Below are positions 1 through 8,636 of a stretch of 64,000 bases of DNA, in pieces (position 1 is the stretch's first letter; the number at the start of each line of letters is the position of its first letter). Where the stretch lies: positions 126,081 to 190,080 of the forward strand of contig CAZUTS010000002.1 of NCBI GenBank assembly GCA_964623375.1, in the 5' to 3' direction. The position numbers were made by a program, and so were the translations under genes. The notes under the pieces were generated by a model, which worked only from the letters and a program-made list of their open reading frames with translations, did not search any database and was not told the DNA's origin. The stretch is from an uncultured Anaerolineaceae bacterium. GTDB taxonomy: Bacteria; Chloroflexota; Anaerolineae; Anaerolineales; UBA11579.

Positions 1-24
1 GGGCGAAGCATGCTTCGCCCTTGA

Positions 25-130
25 GTGTCATTATGAGCGGCAGCGTTGGCGAAGCGACGCAATGCTTGTCATTGCGAGGAGTAGTGCCGCTAAGCGGGGC
101 CGCTTGCGGCAAACGGACGAAGCAATCTGC
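25..130. repeat. Two adjacent copies of the dispersed 'GTCATTGCGAG...GAAGCAATC' REP/MITE-like element (family A)
   Basis: 25-65 gtgtcattatgagcgg...gaagcgacgcaatgc. 66-130 ttgtcattgcgaggagtagtgccgc...aaacggacgaagcaatctgc, which is the reverse complement of near-identical copies at 10006-10056 and 35337-35388. Confidence 0.8.
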
Positions 131-219
131 TCTTGGCAACCATTAGCGGCGTACGCTGCTCCGCAGCGTAGCATGCCTCGCAGATTGAACTCCTGCGAAT
201 TAGAAGAATAGCAAGCCGA

Positions 220-600
220 CTAGCGCAGGACCTTGGTTATGTACTTAACGCCAGCCAAACCTGCAAAATCTGCATCCTGGGTCCATATCACTGCGTTGTT
301 AGCATAGCCGCTGGCGTAGATGATGCTGTCTGCCATCGGGAGCTTGAGTTCCAGCGAAAACTTGGCTGCCAGTAAGGCCAGCTCTGCATCCAGCTCAACG
401 ACCAAGCCCTCGTGCATGATGGACACAGCTTGCAGCGCTGCGCCTTCTCCACGCTGATGATGAATGCGCTTAAAGACCTCGTAAAGGCATACGCTTGGCA
501 CAATTAACTGGCTGGCTTTCTTGATGGGTGCGGCGAAGAAAGCCGCGTTGGGGCCATCGGCAAGATACTCTAGCCACCCTGATGAATCGATGAGGTTCAT
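220..600 (-). CDS. vapC: PIN-domain ribonuclease toxin (VapC family)
   Basis: 126 aa. N-terminal 'LIDSSGWLEY', C-terminal 'IWTQDADF' acidic PIN-type residues. 4-nt overlap with the upstream AbrB-type antitoxin ORF. Confidence 0.8.
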   Translation of the reverse strand: MNLIDSSGWLEYLADGPNAAFFAAPIKKASQLIVPSVCLYEVFKRIHHQRGEGAALQAVSIMHEGLVVELDAELALLAAKFSLELKLPMADSIIYASGYANNAVIWTQDADFAGLAGVKYITKVLR

Positions 601-803
601 TCGCGGTCTGGCTCGCGCTCTACATCTGTATCAATCCCCTTATACAGCCCGCGCGCTTCGGCAATGCCAATTTGAGGAATGAGCTCGATACGATCCCCAT
701 ATTGAATTACGCGTACTGTCTGCCCGGGCTTGATGCCCAGTGATTTGCGAATGGCCTTGGGAATGACGATTTGGAACTTGGGGGATACTTTTACACTTGT
801 CAT
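597..803 (-). CDS. vapB: AbrB/SpoVT-type antitoxin (VapB family)
   Basis: 68 aa. 'VSPKFQIVIPKAIRKSLGIKPGQTVRV' is a typical SpoVT/AbrB looped-hinge-helix motif. Overlaps vapC. AGGAG RBS upstream. Confidence 0.8.
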   Translation of the reverse strand: MTSVKVSPKFQIVIPKAIRKSLGIKPGQTVRVIQYGDRIELIPQIGIAEARGLYKGIDTDVEREPDRE

Positions 804-826
804 ACGTTTCTCCTATCGATGAGAAA

Positions 827-843
827 ATCGTATGACGATTATA
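827..843 (-). promoter_or_regulatory. Candidate vapBC promoter -10 (TATAAT, 838-843 on minus) overlapped by palindrome ATCGT-ATG-ACGAT (827-839)
   Basis: Perfect 5-3-5 inverted repeat overlapping a TATAAT hexamer about 35 nt upstream of the vapB ATG. This is the typical autoregulated TA operator layout. Confidence 0.45.
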
Positions 844-850
844 GCTTACT

Positions 851-2047
851 CTAGGCCAACTGCCCGTTGTCAATCTCCCAGCGGGCTGCGTTCTCTAGAA
901 ACTCTGGCGTGAATAAATTGAAGTCGGTGGTGGTGAGCAGCACCTGGTCGCTGTTGGCTTTGAGGCGCTCGAGCAGATCGGCGCGGCGGCTCTCATCCAG
1001 CTCGGCCAACACTTCGTCCAGCAGCAGCACCGGGCGCTGGCCGCTGCGAGCGTGCATCCATTCCAGCTCGGCCAGCTTCAGGGTCAGCAGGGCGGTGCGC
1101 ACCTGGCCGCGGCTGCCGTAGCTGCCCAGGTCGATGCCGTTACCCAGGAAGCGCAGCTCATCGCGGTGCGGGCCGAGGCTGGTGGTGCCGCGCGCCAGAT
1201 CCTCACGGCGCGCTTTTTGCAGCGCGGTCAGGTAGCCCGTCTCGATCTTCTCAGCGGAGATACCGCTACGGTCGGTGGGGGCATCCAGCAGCATGCGCTG
1301 GCCTGCCGGGGCGGGCAGCGGGTCGTAGCTGGGTTGGTAGCTCAGACGCAGCACCTCGGCGCCGCGGGTGAGGTCGTGATGCAGGCGGGCGGCGGCTTGC
1401 TCCAGTTCTTGGATGGCGCGGAAGCGGCCGGCTAGCACCTGTGCCCCGCGGGCGGCCAGGCGCTGGTCCCAGAAATCGAGCTGGCTGTGGTCGCCACCGT
1501 TTTCGTTGAGCTGGCGCAGCAGAGCATTGCGCTGGGTGAGCACGCTCTCGTACTCGCTGAGGTTCTCGCTATATTGCGTTTGCACCTGCGCCAGCGCCAG
1601 GTCCAGGTAGCGGCGGCGGTGGCGCGGCGTGCCGTCTACGATCTGCAGCATCTGCGGCAGGAACAGCACCGCCTGGAACTGGCCGATGACCTCGTTGCTC
1701 TTCTTTTTGGCGCCATCCAGCAACACTTCCTTGCGGCTGCGCTCAACGCCGTTGCGCGTCTGCTCTTTGATGACGCGAATCTCAAGCTGATGCTCGCGTC
1801 TGTTGCGCTCGTAGGTGGCTTGCAGACGCGCAACGGCCAGCGGATTGCGCGCTTCGATGAAATTGATCAGTTGGCGGTCTGTATCGGCGTGAAAAGAGTT
1901 GAGCGTGGCCAGGAAGTAGATAGCTTCCAGCAGGCTGGTTTTGCCCTGGGCGTTGCGGCCGACGATAAGCACCGCCTGCGGCGGCACTTGCACGTCCAGG
2001 CGCGCAAAGTTGCGAAAATGAGTGAGCGAGAGACGCTTGAGCTGCAT
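851..2047 (-). CDS. recF: DNA replication and repair protein RecF
   Basis: 398 aa. 'LSLTHFRNF...GRNAQGKTSLLEAIYFLA' Walker A, 'PVLLLDEVLAELD' Walker B and signature region. Confidence 0.9.
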   Translation of the reverse strand: MQLKRLSLTHFRNFARLDVQVPPQAVLIVGRNAQGKTSLLEAIYFLATLNSFHADTDRQLINFIEARNPLAVARLQATYERNRREHQLEIRVIKEQTRNGVERSRKEVLLDGAKKKSNEVIGQFQAVLFLPQMLQIVDGTPRHRRRYLDLALAQVQTQYSENLSEYESVLTQRNALLRQLNENGGDHSQLDFWDQRLAARGAQVLAGRFRAIQELEQAAARLHHDLTRGAEVLRLSYQPSYDPLPAPAGQRMLLDAPTDRSGISAEKIETGYLTALQKARREDLARGTTSLGPHRDELRFLGNGIDLGSYGSRGQVRTALLTLKLAELEWMHARSGQRPVLLLDEVLAELDESRRADLLERLKANSDQVLLTTTDFNLFTPEFLENAARWEIDNGQLA

Positions 2048-2059
2048 GCGGCCGTGGCC

Positions 2060-2590
2060 TCAGGCAGCTGAGTTTTCAGCTTGGGGGTCTTCGGGTTCGA
2101 TCGTGTAGACCTTCTCAGCGCGCTCGGTGAACAGTACCCCGTTGAGGTGGTCAATCTCGTGCTGGAAGATGCGTGCCAGCCAGCCCTCGGCCTTGATCTT
2201 GAGTGGCTCACCGTTGCGGTCCTGCGCTACCACCGTGACCGCCAGGGCGCGCTCAACCTCAGCGAGGATGCCGGGGAACGAGAGGCAGCCTTCGGTGCCC
2301 ATCTCTTTCTCGCGGCTCATGCGGCTGATCTCGGGGTTGATGAGGGTGAAGAGCTGCTTTTCAACGGTCTCTTCTTCCTCTTCGCTCTCGGCCTCGCCGT
2401 ATTCGATGACCACAATACGCAGCGGCACGTTGACTTGTGGCGCGGCCAGGCCAACGCCGGGCGCCTTGCGCATGGTCTCGATCATGTTGTCGATCAGGGT
2501 CTGGGTCTCGGCGTCAATACGCTCTACGCGCTGTGCCTTCTGCTCCAGAATGTTGTTAGGGTATTTGATGATGTCTAGTGTTGTTGCCAT
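2060..2590 (-). CDS. def: Peptide deformylase
   Basis: 176 aa with 'GVGLAAPQV', 'EGCLSFPG', 'HEIDHLNG' motifs. Acidic insert 'EAESEEEEETVEK'. Confidence 0.95.
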   Translation of the reverse strand: MATTLDIIKYPNNILEQKAQRVERIDAETQTLIDNMIETMRKAPGVGLAAPQVNVPLRIVVIEYGEAESEEEEETVEKQLFTLINPEISRMSREKEMGTEGCLSFPGILAEVERALAVTVVAQDRNGEPLKIKAEGWLARIFQHEIDHLNGVLFTERAEKVYTIEPEDPQAENSAA

Positions 2591-2605
2591 GTGATGTCCA
2601 AAAAT

Positions 2606-4273
2606 CTATTCTACCGCTTCGTCACCTTCGCCGTTCAGGCGCAGGCCGCGCGTGCGTTCTTCTTCGTAGACTTTGAGCCACTCGGCCATGCGGCTGCGTT
2701 CATCCAGATCGCGCTGCTTCTGCATCTTGAGCTTGAAGGCCTCGATGCGCGCGAAGATGTCTTGCTGCACCTGGGCCGGGTCGTGCACGCCGTCAAAATC
2801 TAGCCAGCTGTCGCCTACGTTGATGCGCACAACGCCAAAGTTGAAGATTAGCCCCAGCAGGCCAATACGGTGATTTTCTAAACTGAGCACGTTGGCCAGC
2901 GGCGCGGTCTTAGTGATGAGGCTGCCTAGCGGCTTCTTTTCGGAGTCCATCAGGCTCTCCGGCGTGAGCATATAGATATCGTTCTGCCAGTCCACATAGT
3001 GGTAGACGATGAAGCCCACCGGCACCAGCAGCGCGCCCAGCATGATCAGCCAGCCTGTGCCGCTGCTGGGCAGGCCGTTGTATACGTATTCCACCGCCCA
3101 CAGCACGCCGGCAAAAGCCAGCACGGGATAAATGAGCGTGCCGAACAGTTTGGCCCAGTGCTTGTGATAGATGATCTTGTCGCCATCGATGGTGCGCGTG
3201 GGGAACATCCACAAGCGCTCTGTGCGGCTGGGCGCCTGGTACACCGAGGCGGTGGGGCGGGCGGGGGCGCGGTTGTGCGGCGCGGTGCCTAGGCTCTCGC
3301 GCACGGCCTGGCGGATGCCATCATGGCGGCTGACGCGGGCGCCGCGCCGTTGGCGCAGCACGTATTCCTCGACCAGAAACTTGGTGGTGAGCGGGTCGCC
3401 CACTTTGGGCATGGAGACGGTGCTGGTAAAGGTCTGGATCATCACATCGCCAAAGCCAAGAATGCGCCCCAGCAGAGTGGTGTGCGTGTTGACGGATTGC
3501 ACCGTCTCCAGCGGGGCCTCCACGCGGCTGGCGGAGCGCAGCAGCTTTTGCTCCAGCCACACCACGCGCTGGTCGGTCAGCACATAGAAATCATTGGTCC
3601 AATCCAAGTATTCCCAGGCGGCCCAGCCGCCGGCACCCAGCAGCAGGCCGAAGGCGGCCAGCAGCCACGGGATCGGGTTGGCAGCGTCCAGGCCGAAGAG
3701 CAGGCACAACAGGCTGACGATGGCCAGCAGCATGGCGCGCGCCAGGCGCAGCCACAGGGCGGCAGGGTGCTTGCGCATCACGAATTGGATCGATTCATCA
3801 CGCCCCAGCCATTCAAACTCGCTCTCGGGTTTGAGGCTGCGCCCCGCCGCCAGCGTGAGCATGCGCTCCGCCAGGGTGGGGAAGGCTTGCAGCATGCGCT
3901 CCAGGTCGCGGCGTGGCAGGTAGAGCAGACGCGTGCTGTGCAGGGCTTTGACGCGGGAGACTGCACTGCCATCCAGTTGCAGGCTGCGGGCGCCAAATAC
4001 ATCGCCGTTTTGCAGGCCGGAGGCCACAACTTGGTCATGCTCGTTCACCAATTCGCAGCGCATGTGCCCGTTGAGCACAATGTAGAGGTTCTCCGCCAGC
4101 TCGCCCTGCTCGTACAGATCCTGGCCGCGGCCGAGTTGATATTCAATGAAGCGGGCAGCCAGGTGCTCTGTATCCGCTTCGCTCAGGTCTCGAAAGAGGG
4201 CCAGTTCCTTTAATAGCGCCACACGTTCGGCCAGCGTGGCCGGTGGGCTGGCAGTGGCGTTTTCTGCAGGCAT
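2606..4273 (-). CDS. Membrane protein with an N-terminal cyclic-nucleotide-binding (CAP_ED-like) domain and two bPH_2/YdbS-YdbT-like (DUF304) modules
   Basis: 555 aa. N-terminal 'LFRDLSEADTEHLA...GDVFGARSL' is cNMP-binding-like. Two repeats of a TM hairpin plus 'DWTNDFYVLTDQRVV' / 'DWQNDIYMLTPESL', typical of bPH_2. Confidence 0.6.
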   Translation of the reverse strand: MPAENATASPPATLAERVALLKELALFRDLSEADTEHLAARFIEYQLGRGQDLYEQGELAENLYIVLNGHMRCELVNEHDQVVASGLQNGDVFGARSLQLDGSAVSRVKALHSTRLLYLPRRDLERMLQAFPTLAERMLTLAAGRSLKPESEFEWLGRDESIQFVMRKHPAALWLRLARAMLLAIVSLLCLLFGLDAANPIPWLLAAFGLLLGAGGWAAWEYLDWTNDFYVLTDQRVVWLEQKLLRSASRVEAPLETVQSVNTHTTLLGRILGFGDVMIQTFTSTVSMPKVGDPLTTKFLVEEYVLRQRRGARVSRHDGIRQAVRESLGTAPHNRAPARPTASVYQAPSRTERLWMFPTRTIDGDKIIYHKHWAKLFGTLIYPVLAFAGVLWAVEYVYNGLPSSGTGWLIMLGALLVPVGFIVYHYVDWQNDIYMLTPESLMDSEKKPLGSLITKTAPLANVLSLENHRIGLLGLIFNFGVVRINVGDSWLDFDGVHDPAQVQQDIFARIEAFKLKMQKQRDLDERSRMAEWLKVYEEERTRGLRLNGEGDEAVE

Positions 4274-4279
4274 GGGGGC

Positions 4280-4285
4280 ATTTTA
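4280..4285 (-). promoter_or_regulatory. -10 box TAAAAT 6 nt upstream of the ATG (4273); leaderless-type promoter
   Basis: Minus strand reads gcTAAAATgcccccATG. Confidence 0.4.
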
Positions 4286-4354
4286 GCATGCGCAGAATTT
4301 GGGCGCATTTGGGTGGCGTGCGGAGAAAAGACGGCGGCGGTTGCGCGGGTGAGT

Positions 4355-4363
4355 GTTAGAATT
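4355..4363 (+). promoter_or_regulatory. Extended -10 (TGtTAGAAT) for the PGM/PMM gene
   Basis: gagTGTTAGAATtt about 41 nt upstream of ATG 4405. 'gaggt' SD-like sequence before the ATG. Confidence 0.4.
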
Positions 4364-4404
4364 TTTGTATCCCCTAGACACATACATCGACGAGGTTCAC
4401 ACAA

Positions 4405-5850
4405 ATGCCCATTCACTTCGGTACAGACGGCTGGCGCGCCGTAATCTCCGATACTTTCACCTTTGCCAACCTGCGTATGGTGGCCCAGGCCATTGCTGAT
4501 GCCATGCGCGCCGACCTGCAAAATGGGAACGGCGCCCAGTCGCCGCTGGTAGTGGTGGGCTTTGATACGCGCTTTCTGTCGGACCGTTTCGCTGGCGATG
4601 TGGCCCGCGTGCTGGCCGCTAACGGATTCAACGTGCTGCTCTCGATGGCGGATGCACCGACCCCGGCCATCTCCTACGCCGTGCGTGAGCACAAGGCCAT
4701 CGGCGGGGTGATGATCACCGCCTCGCACAACCCGCCGCGCTACAACGGCGTCAAGCTCAAGGCCGCTTATGGCGGCTCGGCCCCGCATGAGCTGTGCCAC
4801 CGCGTGGAGATTTACCTGAACGATAACGAAGCGCGCGGCCGCGGCGCCTCGGTAATGGACTTCAAGCAGGCCATCGAGCAAGGCCTGATCACGCGCTTTG
4901 ACCCCATGCCTGCCTACAAGGCGCATTTGGCCACCTTGATTGACTTTGACATCATTCGCAAGCACCCGCAAAAGGTAGTGGTCGATTCGATGTTTGGCTC
5001 CGGCCGTGGCCATATCGCCGCCATGTTGCGCGAGGCTGGCTGCGATGTCGTGGAGATCCGTGGTGACATGAACCCTGGCTTCGGCGGCGTGCACCCTGAG
5101 CCGATCATGCCGCATCTGCAGGCGCTGGCGGATGCCATCGCTGGGCTCCCCGGCTATTTTGGCGTGGCCACGGATGGCGATGCCGACCGCGTGGGGGCGA
5201 TGGACGAAGACGGCGTCTTCGTTGACCCGCACAAGATCATGTCGCTGGCGCTGCGCCACCTGGTGGAGGCACGCGGGCACAAGGGCAAGGTCATCCGCAC
5301 TGTATCCACCACGCGCATGATCGACCGCCTGGCCGCCAAGTACGGCTTGCAGGTGGAGGAGACCCCGGTGGGCTTCAACCACATTGCCGACCATATGCTG
5401 GCGGGCGATGTGCTCATCGGCGGGGAAGAGTCAGGCGGTATCTCGTTCACCGGCCACATCCCCGAAGGGGATGGTGTTCTCATGGGCCTACTGGTGGTGG
5501 AGATGGTGGCGCGCTCCGGCAGCAGCTTGCGTGCCCTGGTGGCCGATCTGCTGGCCAGCGTTGGCCCGGCGCACTACGCCCGCAAGGATCTGCGCTTGAG
5601 CCGCCCGGTAGAGAAGAAGACCATGACCGCCAAGCTCACCGAAGAAGCCCCTGAGTCGATTGGCGGGGAAAAGGTGCTGGAAGTGGTCAGCCGTGATGGC
5701 AGTAAATACATTATGGCGGATGACTCATGGCTGCTCATCCGCCCGTCTGGCACGGAGCCGGTGCTGCGTGTGTATGCCGAAGGACGCACGCCAGAGATGG
5801 TCACGGCGCTGATGGCCTACGGCGAGCAGGTGGCCGCCAGCGTGTCGTAG
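4405..5850 (+). CDS. Phosphoglucomutase/phosphomannomutase family protein
   Basis: 481 aa. Active-site 'TASHNPPRYNGVK', metal loop 'ATDGDADR', 'GGEESGG'. Confidence 0.9.
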   Translation: MPIHFGTDGWRAVISDTFTFANLRMVAQAIADAMRADLQNGNGAQSPLVVVGFDTRFLSDRFAGDVARVLAANGFNVLLSMADAPTPAISYAVREHKAIGGVMITASHNPPRYNGVKLKAAYGGSAPHELCHRVEIYLNDNEARGRGASVMDFKQAIEQGLITRFDPMPAYKAHLATLIDFDIIRKHPQKVVVDSMFGSGRGHIAAMLREAGCDVVEIRGDMNPGFGGVHPEPIMPHLQALADAIAGLPGYFGVATDGDADRVGAMDEDGVFVDPHKIMSLALRHLVEARGHKGKVIRTVSTTRMIDRLAAKYGLQVEETPVGFNHIADHMLAGDVLIGGEESGGISFTGHIPEGDGVLMGLLVVEMVARSGSSLRALVADLLASVGPAHYARKDLRLSRPVEKKTMTAKLTEEAPESIGGEKVLEVVSRDGSKYIMADDSWLLIRPSGTEPVLRVYAEGRTPEMVTALMAYGEQVAASVS

Positions 5851-5885
5851 TGGCGTAGGTAGTGAGCAGTGATACGTAATCAGTA

Positions 5886-5913
5886 AAGGGCGAGGTACTC
5901 CTCGCCCTTTTTA
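5886..5913 (+). terminator. Rho-independent terminator
   Basis: gggcgagg-tact-cctcgccc followed by ttttt, 36 nt after the PGM stop. Confidence 0.75.
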
Positions 5914-5957
5914 TGGTTACTGGTTGCATTGCCATTTGCTGCAAGCCATTTGGCTCT

Positions 5958-6000
5958 CTGTCATTCCGAACGAGGCCGCAGGCCGAGGAGGAATCCGTGA
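5958..6000. repeat. Dispersed 'CTGTCATTCCGA(A/G)CG...GAGGAATCC' element (family B)
   Basis: ctgtcattccgaacgaggccgcaggccgaggaggaatccgtga. Related copies at 32028-32068, 32110-32140 (inverted), 35401-35432 and 36782-36822. Confidence 0.8.
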
Positions 6001-6045
6001 AGGCAGCGTTGCCTATGCATTTGTCTGTCTAGTACAGTGCCAAAG

Positions 6046-6744
6046 TTATGCCAATAACTGAGTCAGATCAAACACTGGCCCATTGGCACAAGCCAACTGC
6101 GCGCGGCGGGCGGTGGCAAAGCTGCACACCCCGCACTGCGCCAGCCCGCCGCACGGCATCGGCGGCGTGATCAGTGCTTGCCCGCTCAGCGTCTTGGGCA
6201 CGCGTTCTTTGAAGCCCAGCAGACCGGGTAGGTCTTCGGCCAGCGCTGGCGGCAGATCCAGCGCTATAAAGTCGGCCCAGGCCAGCGCGGCGGGCAGCGC
6301 CGCCAGCGGTTGCACTTCAATATGGCTGGGCAACTCCCCAAGAGGTTCATCGCAGAATACGGCCACCTCAGCAGCGGACTCGGCCAGCGGCAGCAGGCGG
6401 GTGGCGTTGCGCCTCCAGGCGGCCAAGGCCAGACGCCGCATGTGTGGCGGCAGGCTGAAGCCGCGCCCCAGCGGGCCGCACGCCAACAGCGGCTGCCCCA
6501 GCTGCCAGGCTGGCGGCAGCGCGCCAGCTACGTTAAGCTCTGCAACATTTCCGTTGAGGGTAACAGGCTGCCAGCCAGCGGCGAACAGCTGGCTGGCGAT
6601 CACGGTCTGGCTGTCGGCGGGGTCATGCACTTGTAAGTACTGGCCGGGCCGCGGCAGGGCGGCCAGCGGCAACTGCAGGCGCGCCGCGGCGTTCTGATAC
6701 GGTTCTAACAAGAGGGCGGAAAGGCGCACCGTATAATGACTCAT
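6046..6744 (-). CDS. PyrK-like ferredoxin-reductase-type protein with a C-terminal Cys cluster
   Basis: 232 aa. C-terminal 'MPCGGLAQCGVCSF...ACANGPVF' resembles the PyrK 2Fe-2S motif (CGxGxCxxC...C.dGPVF). The N-terminal FAD motif is not evident. Confidence 0.4.
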   Translation of the reverse strand: MSHYTVRLSALLLEPYQNAAARLQLPLAALPRPGQYLQVHDPADSQTVIASQLFAAGWQPVTLNGNVAELNVAGALPPAWQLGQPLLACGPLGRGFSLPPHMRRLALAAWRRNATRLLPLAESAAEVAVFCDEPLGELPSHIEVQPLAALPAALAWADFIALDLPPALAEDLPGLLGFKERVPKTLSGQALITPPMPCGGLAQCGVCSFATARRAQLACANGPVFDLTQLLA

Positions 6745-6837
6745 AGCTAACTATTGGCATGCTACCATGCCCAATCGCTCGCAACACCTGGGCGCGGTCT
6801 GCCGTTTTAGAGACAACAGTACTCTTGAGGAGGAGTA

Positions 6838-7860
6838 ATGGAACTTGTAAATATTCTTGCCTTCCTATCCGTAGTGGCCTGGATCGTGGTCATTGGCGTG
6901 GTCACCCTGGTGGTGGTGCGCTCGATCCGCACCCGCACAGGCGCTAAAGGCATCGCCAGCAGCGGTCTGATGATTGCCGTCTCCGTCATTGCCGCGGTGC
7001 TCATCAGCACGCTGGCAGCGGGCCTGGTCTTCATTCAGCCCAGTGAGCGCGGTGTGGTCATCAGTGCTACGCAGGGCGGTATTCGTGATGAGGCTTTGCA
7101 GCCCGGTTTGCACTGGGTCGTGCCGTTTGCTGAGAACGTCATCCCCTATACCATCTCGCGCCAGACCTACACCATGTCTGTAGTCCCTGAGGAAAGTGAT
7201 GTCTTCCGTGATGATGCTGTTGAATCACGCACCTCGGATGGGCAGATCGTGCATGTAGATGCCTCAGTGATCTTCTCCATCAAGCCAGAAGAGGTCGTCA
7301 ATGTGCATATTCGTTGGCAGAACCGCTACATCAACGGCATGGTGCGCCCCATCGCGCGTGGCATCATTCGGGACGCGGTGGCACAGTTTGGCATCGAGCA
7401 GGTCTATAGCACGCATCGTCTGGAGCTAACCGAGATGATCTCGGCTGAGCTGCAGCGCCGTTTTGAAATGAACGGTTTGGAGCTGGCAGATTTCGTGGTG
7501 CGTAACATCGCCTTCTCGGCTGAGTATGCTGACTCGGTGGAGCAGAAGCAAATCGCTGAGCAGCAGGCGCAGCAGGCCGCCTTTGTGGTGGAACAGCGCC
7601 GCCAGGAAGCCGAGCAGGCTCGCCAGGTGGCAGAGGGTGTTGCCGATGCGGCCGTCATCCGTGCTCAGGGTGAGGCGGAAGCGCGCCTGATCCAGGCGGA
7701 GGCTGAGGCCGAAGCGCTGCGCATGCTGGCCGAGGCGATTGCCCAGAACCCGGACATTTTGACCCTGGAGTACATCCAGAAGCTGGCGCCGAATATCCAG
7801 GTGATGTTGGTGCCAACGGATAATCCCTTCCTTCTGCCCTTGCCGAGCACCAACCCCTAA
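6838..7860 (+). CDS. SPFH/Band 7 (prohibitin/HflC-like) membrane protein
   Basis: 340 aa. N-terminal TM, 'ERGVVISATQGG...LQPGLHWVVPF' SPFH core, Ala/Glu/Gln-rich coiled coil. GAGGAGG RBS. Confidence 0.85.
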   Translation: MELVNILAFLSVVAWIVVIGVVTLVVVRSIRTRTGAKGIASSGLMIAVSVIAAVLISTLAAGLVFIQPSERGVVISATQGGIRDEALQPGLHWVVPFAENVIPYTISRQTYTMSVVPEESDVFRDDAVESRTSDGQIVHVDASVIFSIKPEEVVNVHIRWQNRYINGMVRPIARGIIRDAVAQFGIEQVYSTHRLELTEMISAELQRRFEMNGLELADFVVRNIAFSAEYADSVEQKQIAEQQAQQAAFVVEQRRQEAEQARQVAEGVADAAVIRAQGEAEARLIQAEAEAEALRMLAEAIAQNPDILTLEYIQKLAPNIQVMLVPTDNPFLLPLPSTNP

Positions 7861-7883
7861 GCGGGTAGCTCATAACAACCAAA

Positions 7884-7908
7884 GGCCAGCCGCGAGGCTG
7901 GCCTTTTT
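7884..7908 (+). terminator. Rho-independent terminator
   Basis: ggccagcc-gcga-ggctggcc followed by ttttt. Confidence 0.75.
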
Positions 7909-7922
7909 GTTGGCTGAATATC

Positions 7923-7938
7923 TATGATATAAATCATA
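7923..7938. promoter_or_regulatory. Fur-box-like palindrome TATGAT-ATAA-ATCATA in the A/T-rich ferritin upstream region
   Basis: Perfect 6-4-6 inverted repeat within the A/T-rich stretch 7915-8000. Resembles the core of the GATAATGATAATCATTATC Fur consensus. Confidence 0.35.
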
Positions 7939-8030
7939 ATAAATATAAGGAGATTTTGAATTTAGTTGGTTTTAATTATCAACTAGGTTGAAAATATGGT
8001 AGACTGATGGCCACACGAAAAGGAGCAAAA

Positions 8031-8546
8031 ATGTTAATTAGCAAAACGCTTGAAAAAGCGATCAATGAACAAGTAGGGCGTGAATTTGGCGCCGCAATGC
8101 AGTACGTCAACATCGCTTCCTACTTCACGGCCGAGAACATGCTCATGTTCGGCAAGCTGTTCTTCGAGCAGGCTGCCGAAGAGAATGCCCACGCCATGAA
8201 GTTTGTGCGCTACGTCTTGGATGCGGGCGGCACCATCGGTGTGCCGGCCATCCCTCAGGCGCGCGCTGATTTCAAAACCCCCGAGGATGCTGTGGGAGCG
8301 GCCCTGCAATGGGAAGAAGAAGTCACGCGCCAGATCAACGCCCTGATGGATATTGCCGTCACGGAGAAAGACTACATCGCCCAGGAATTCCTGGGCTGGT
8401 TCGTCAACGAACAGCTGGAGGAAGTCTCCAAGATGAGCACTATTCTCAGCGTGATCGAGCGTTCGAATGGCAACCTGCTGTTGGCCGAACAATACGTGCA
8501 GAGCACGCTGGCGGATATCGAATCCGTTGAAGGCGGAGCGAAGTAA
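8031..8546 (+). CDS. Ferritin (non-heme, Ftn-type)
   Basis: ATG 8031 preceded by AAAGGAG. 'LEKAINEQVGREFGAAMQYVNIASYF...EENAHAMKF...ALQWEEEVT' ferroxidase-centre pattern. Confidence 0.9.
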   Translation: MLISKTLEKAINEQVGREFGAAMQYVNIASYFTAENMLMFGKLFFEQAAEENAHAMKFVRYVLDAGGTIGVPAIPQARADFKTPEDAVGAALQWEEEVTRQINALMDIAVTEKDYIAQEFLGWFVNEQLEEVSKMSTILSVIERSNGNLLLAEQYVQSTLADIESVEGGAK

Positions 8547-8577
8547 CGCAATCTGGAATGCAAGTTGTATAATGCAA

Positions 8578-8602
8578 CTGTTAGCTGTTAGCTGTTAGCT
8601 AG
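8578..8602. repeat. Short tandem heptamer (gctgtta)x3
   Basis: ctgttagctgttagctgttagctag. Similar low-complexity 'agct/gatt' strings occur in other intergenic regions (22920-23010, 35200-35290, 35500-35530, 36730-36940). Confidence 0.6.
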
Positions 8603-8610
8603 TTTAGACA

Positions 8611-8636
8611 ACTGAATACTCTTCGGTGGCAGGTGC
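8611..8636 (+). repeat. Partial duplicate of the 5' end (P1/P2 5' strands) of the downstream FMN riboswitch
   Basis: actgaatactcttcggtggcaggtg (8611-) versus actaaatactcttcggggcagggtg (8698-). Followed by hairpins 8640-8657 and 8653-8679, not by the rest of an aptamer. Confidence 0.6.

Noticed and set aside
1-20. Perfect 20-nt palindrome gggcgaagcatgcttcgccc at the window edge.
   Set aside because: It is probably one more hairpin of the repeat-rich intergenic region and is truncated by the window, so it cannot be interpreted.
2300-2420. Acidic insertion 'GEAESEEEEETVEK' in peptide deformylase as a possible novelty.
   Set aside because: The region between Def motifs 1 and 2 is known to vary in length. 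The catalytic motifs are intact and there is no further signal.
8578-8602. Possible CRISPR or other array from the repeated 'gctgtta'.
   Set aside because: There are only three 7-nt units with no spacers. It is simple-sequence tandem repeat.
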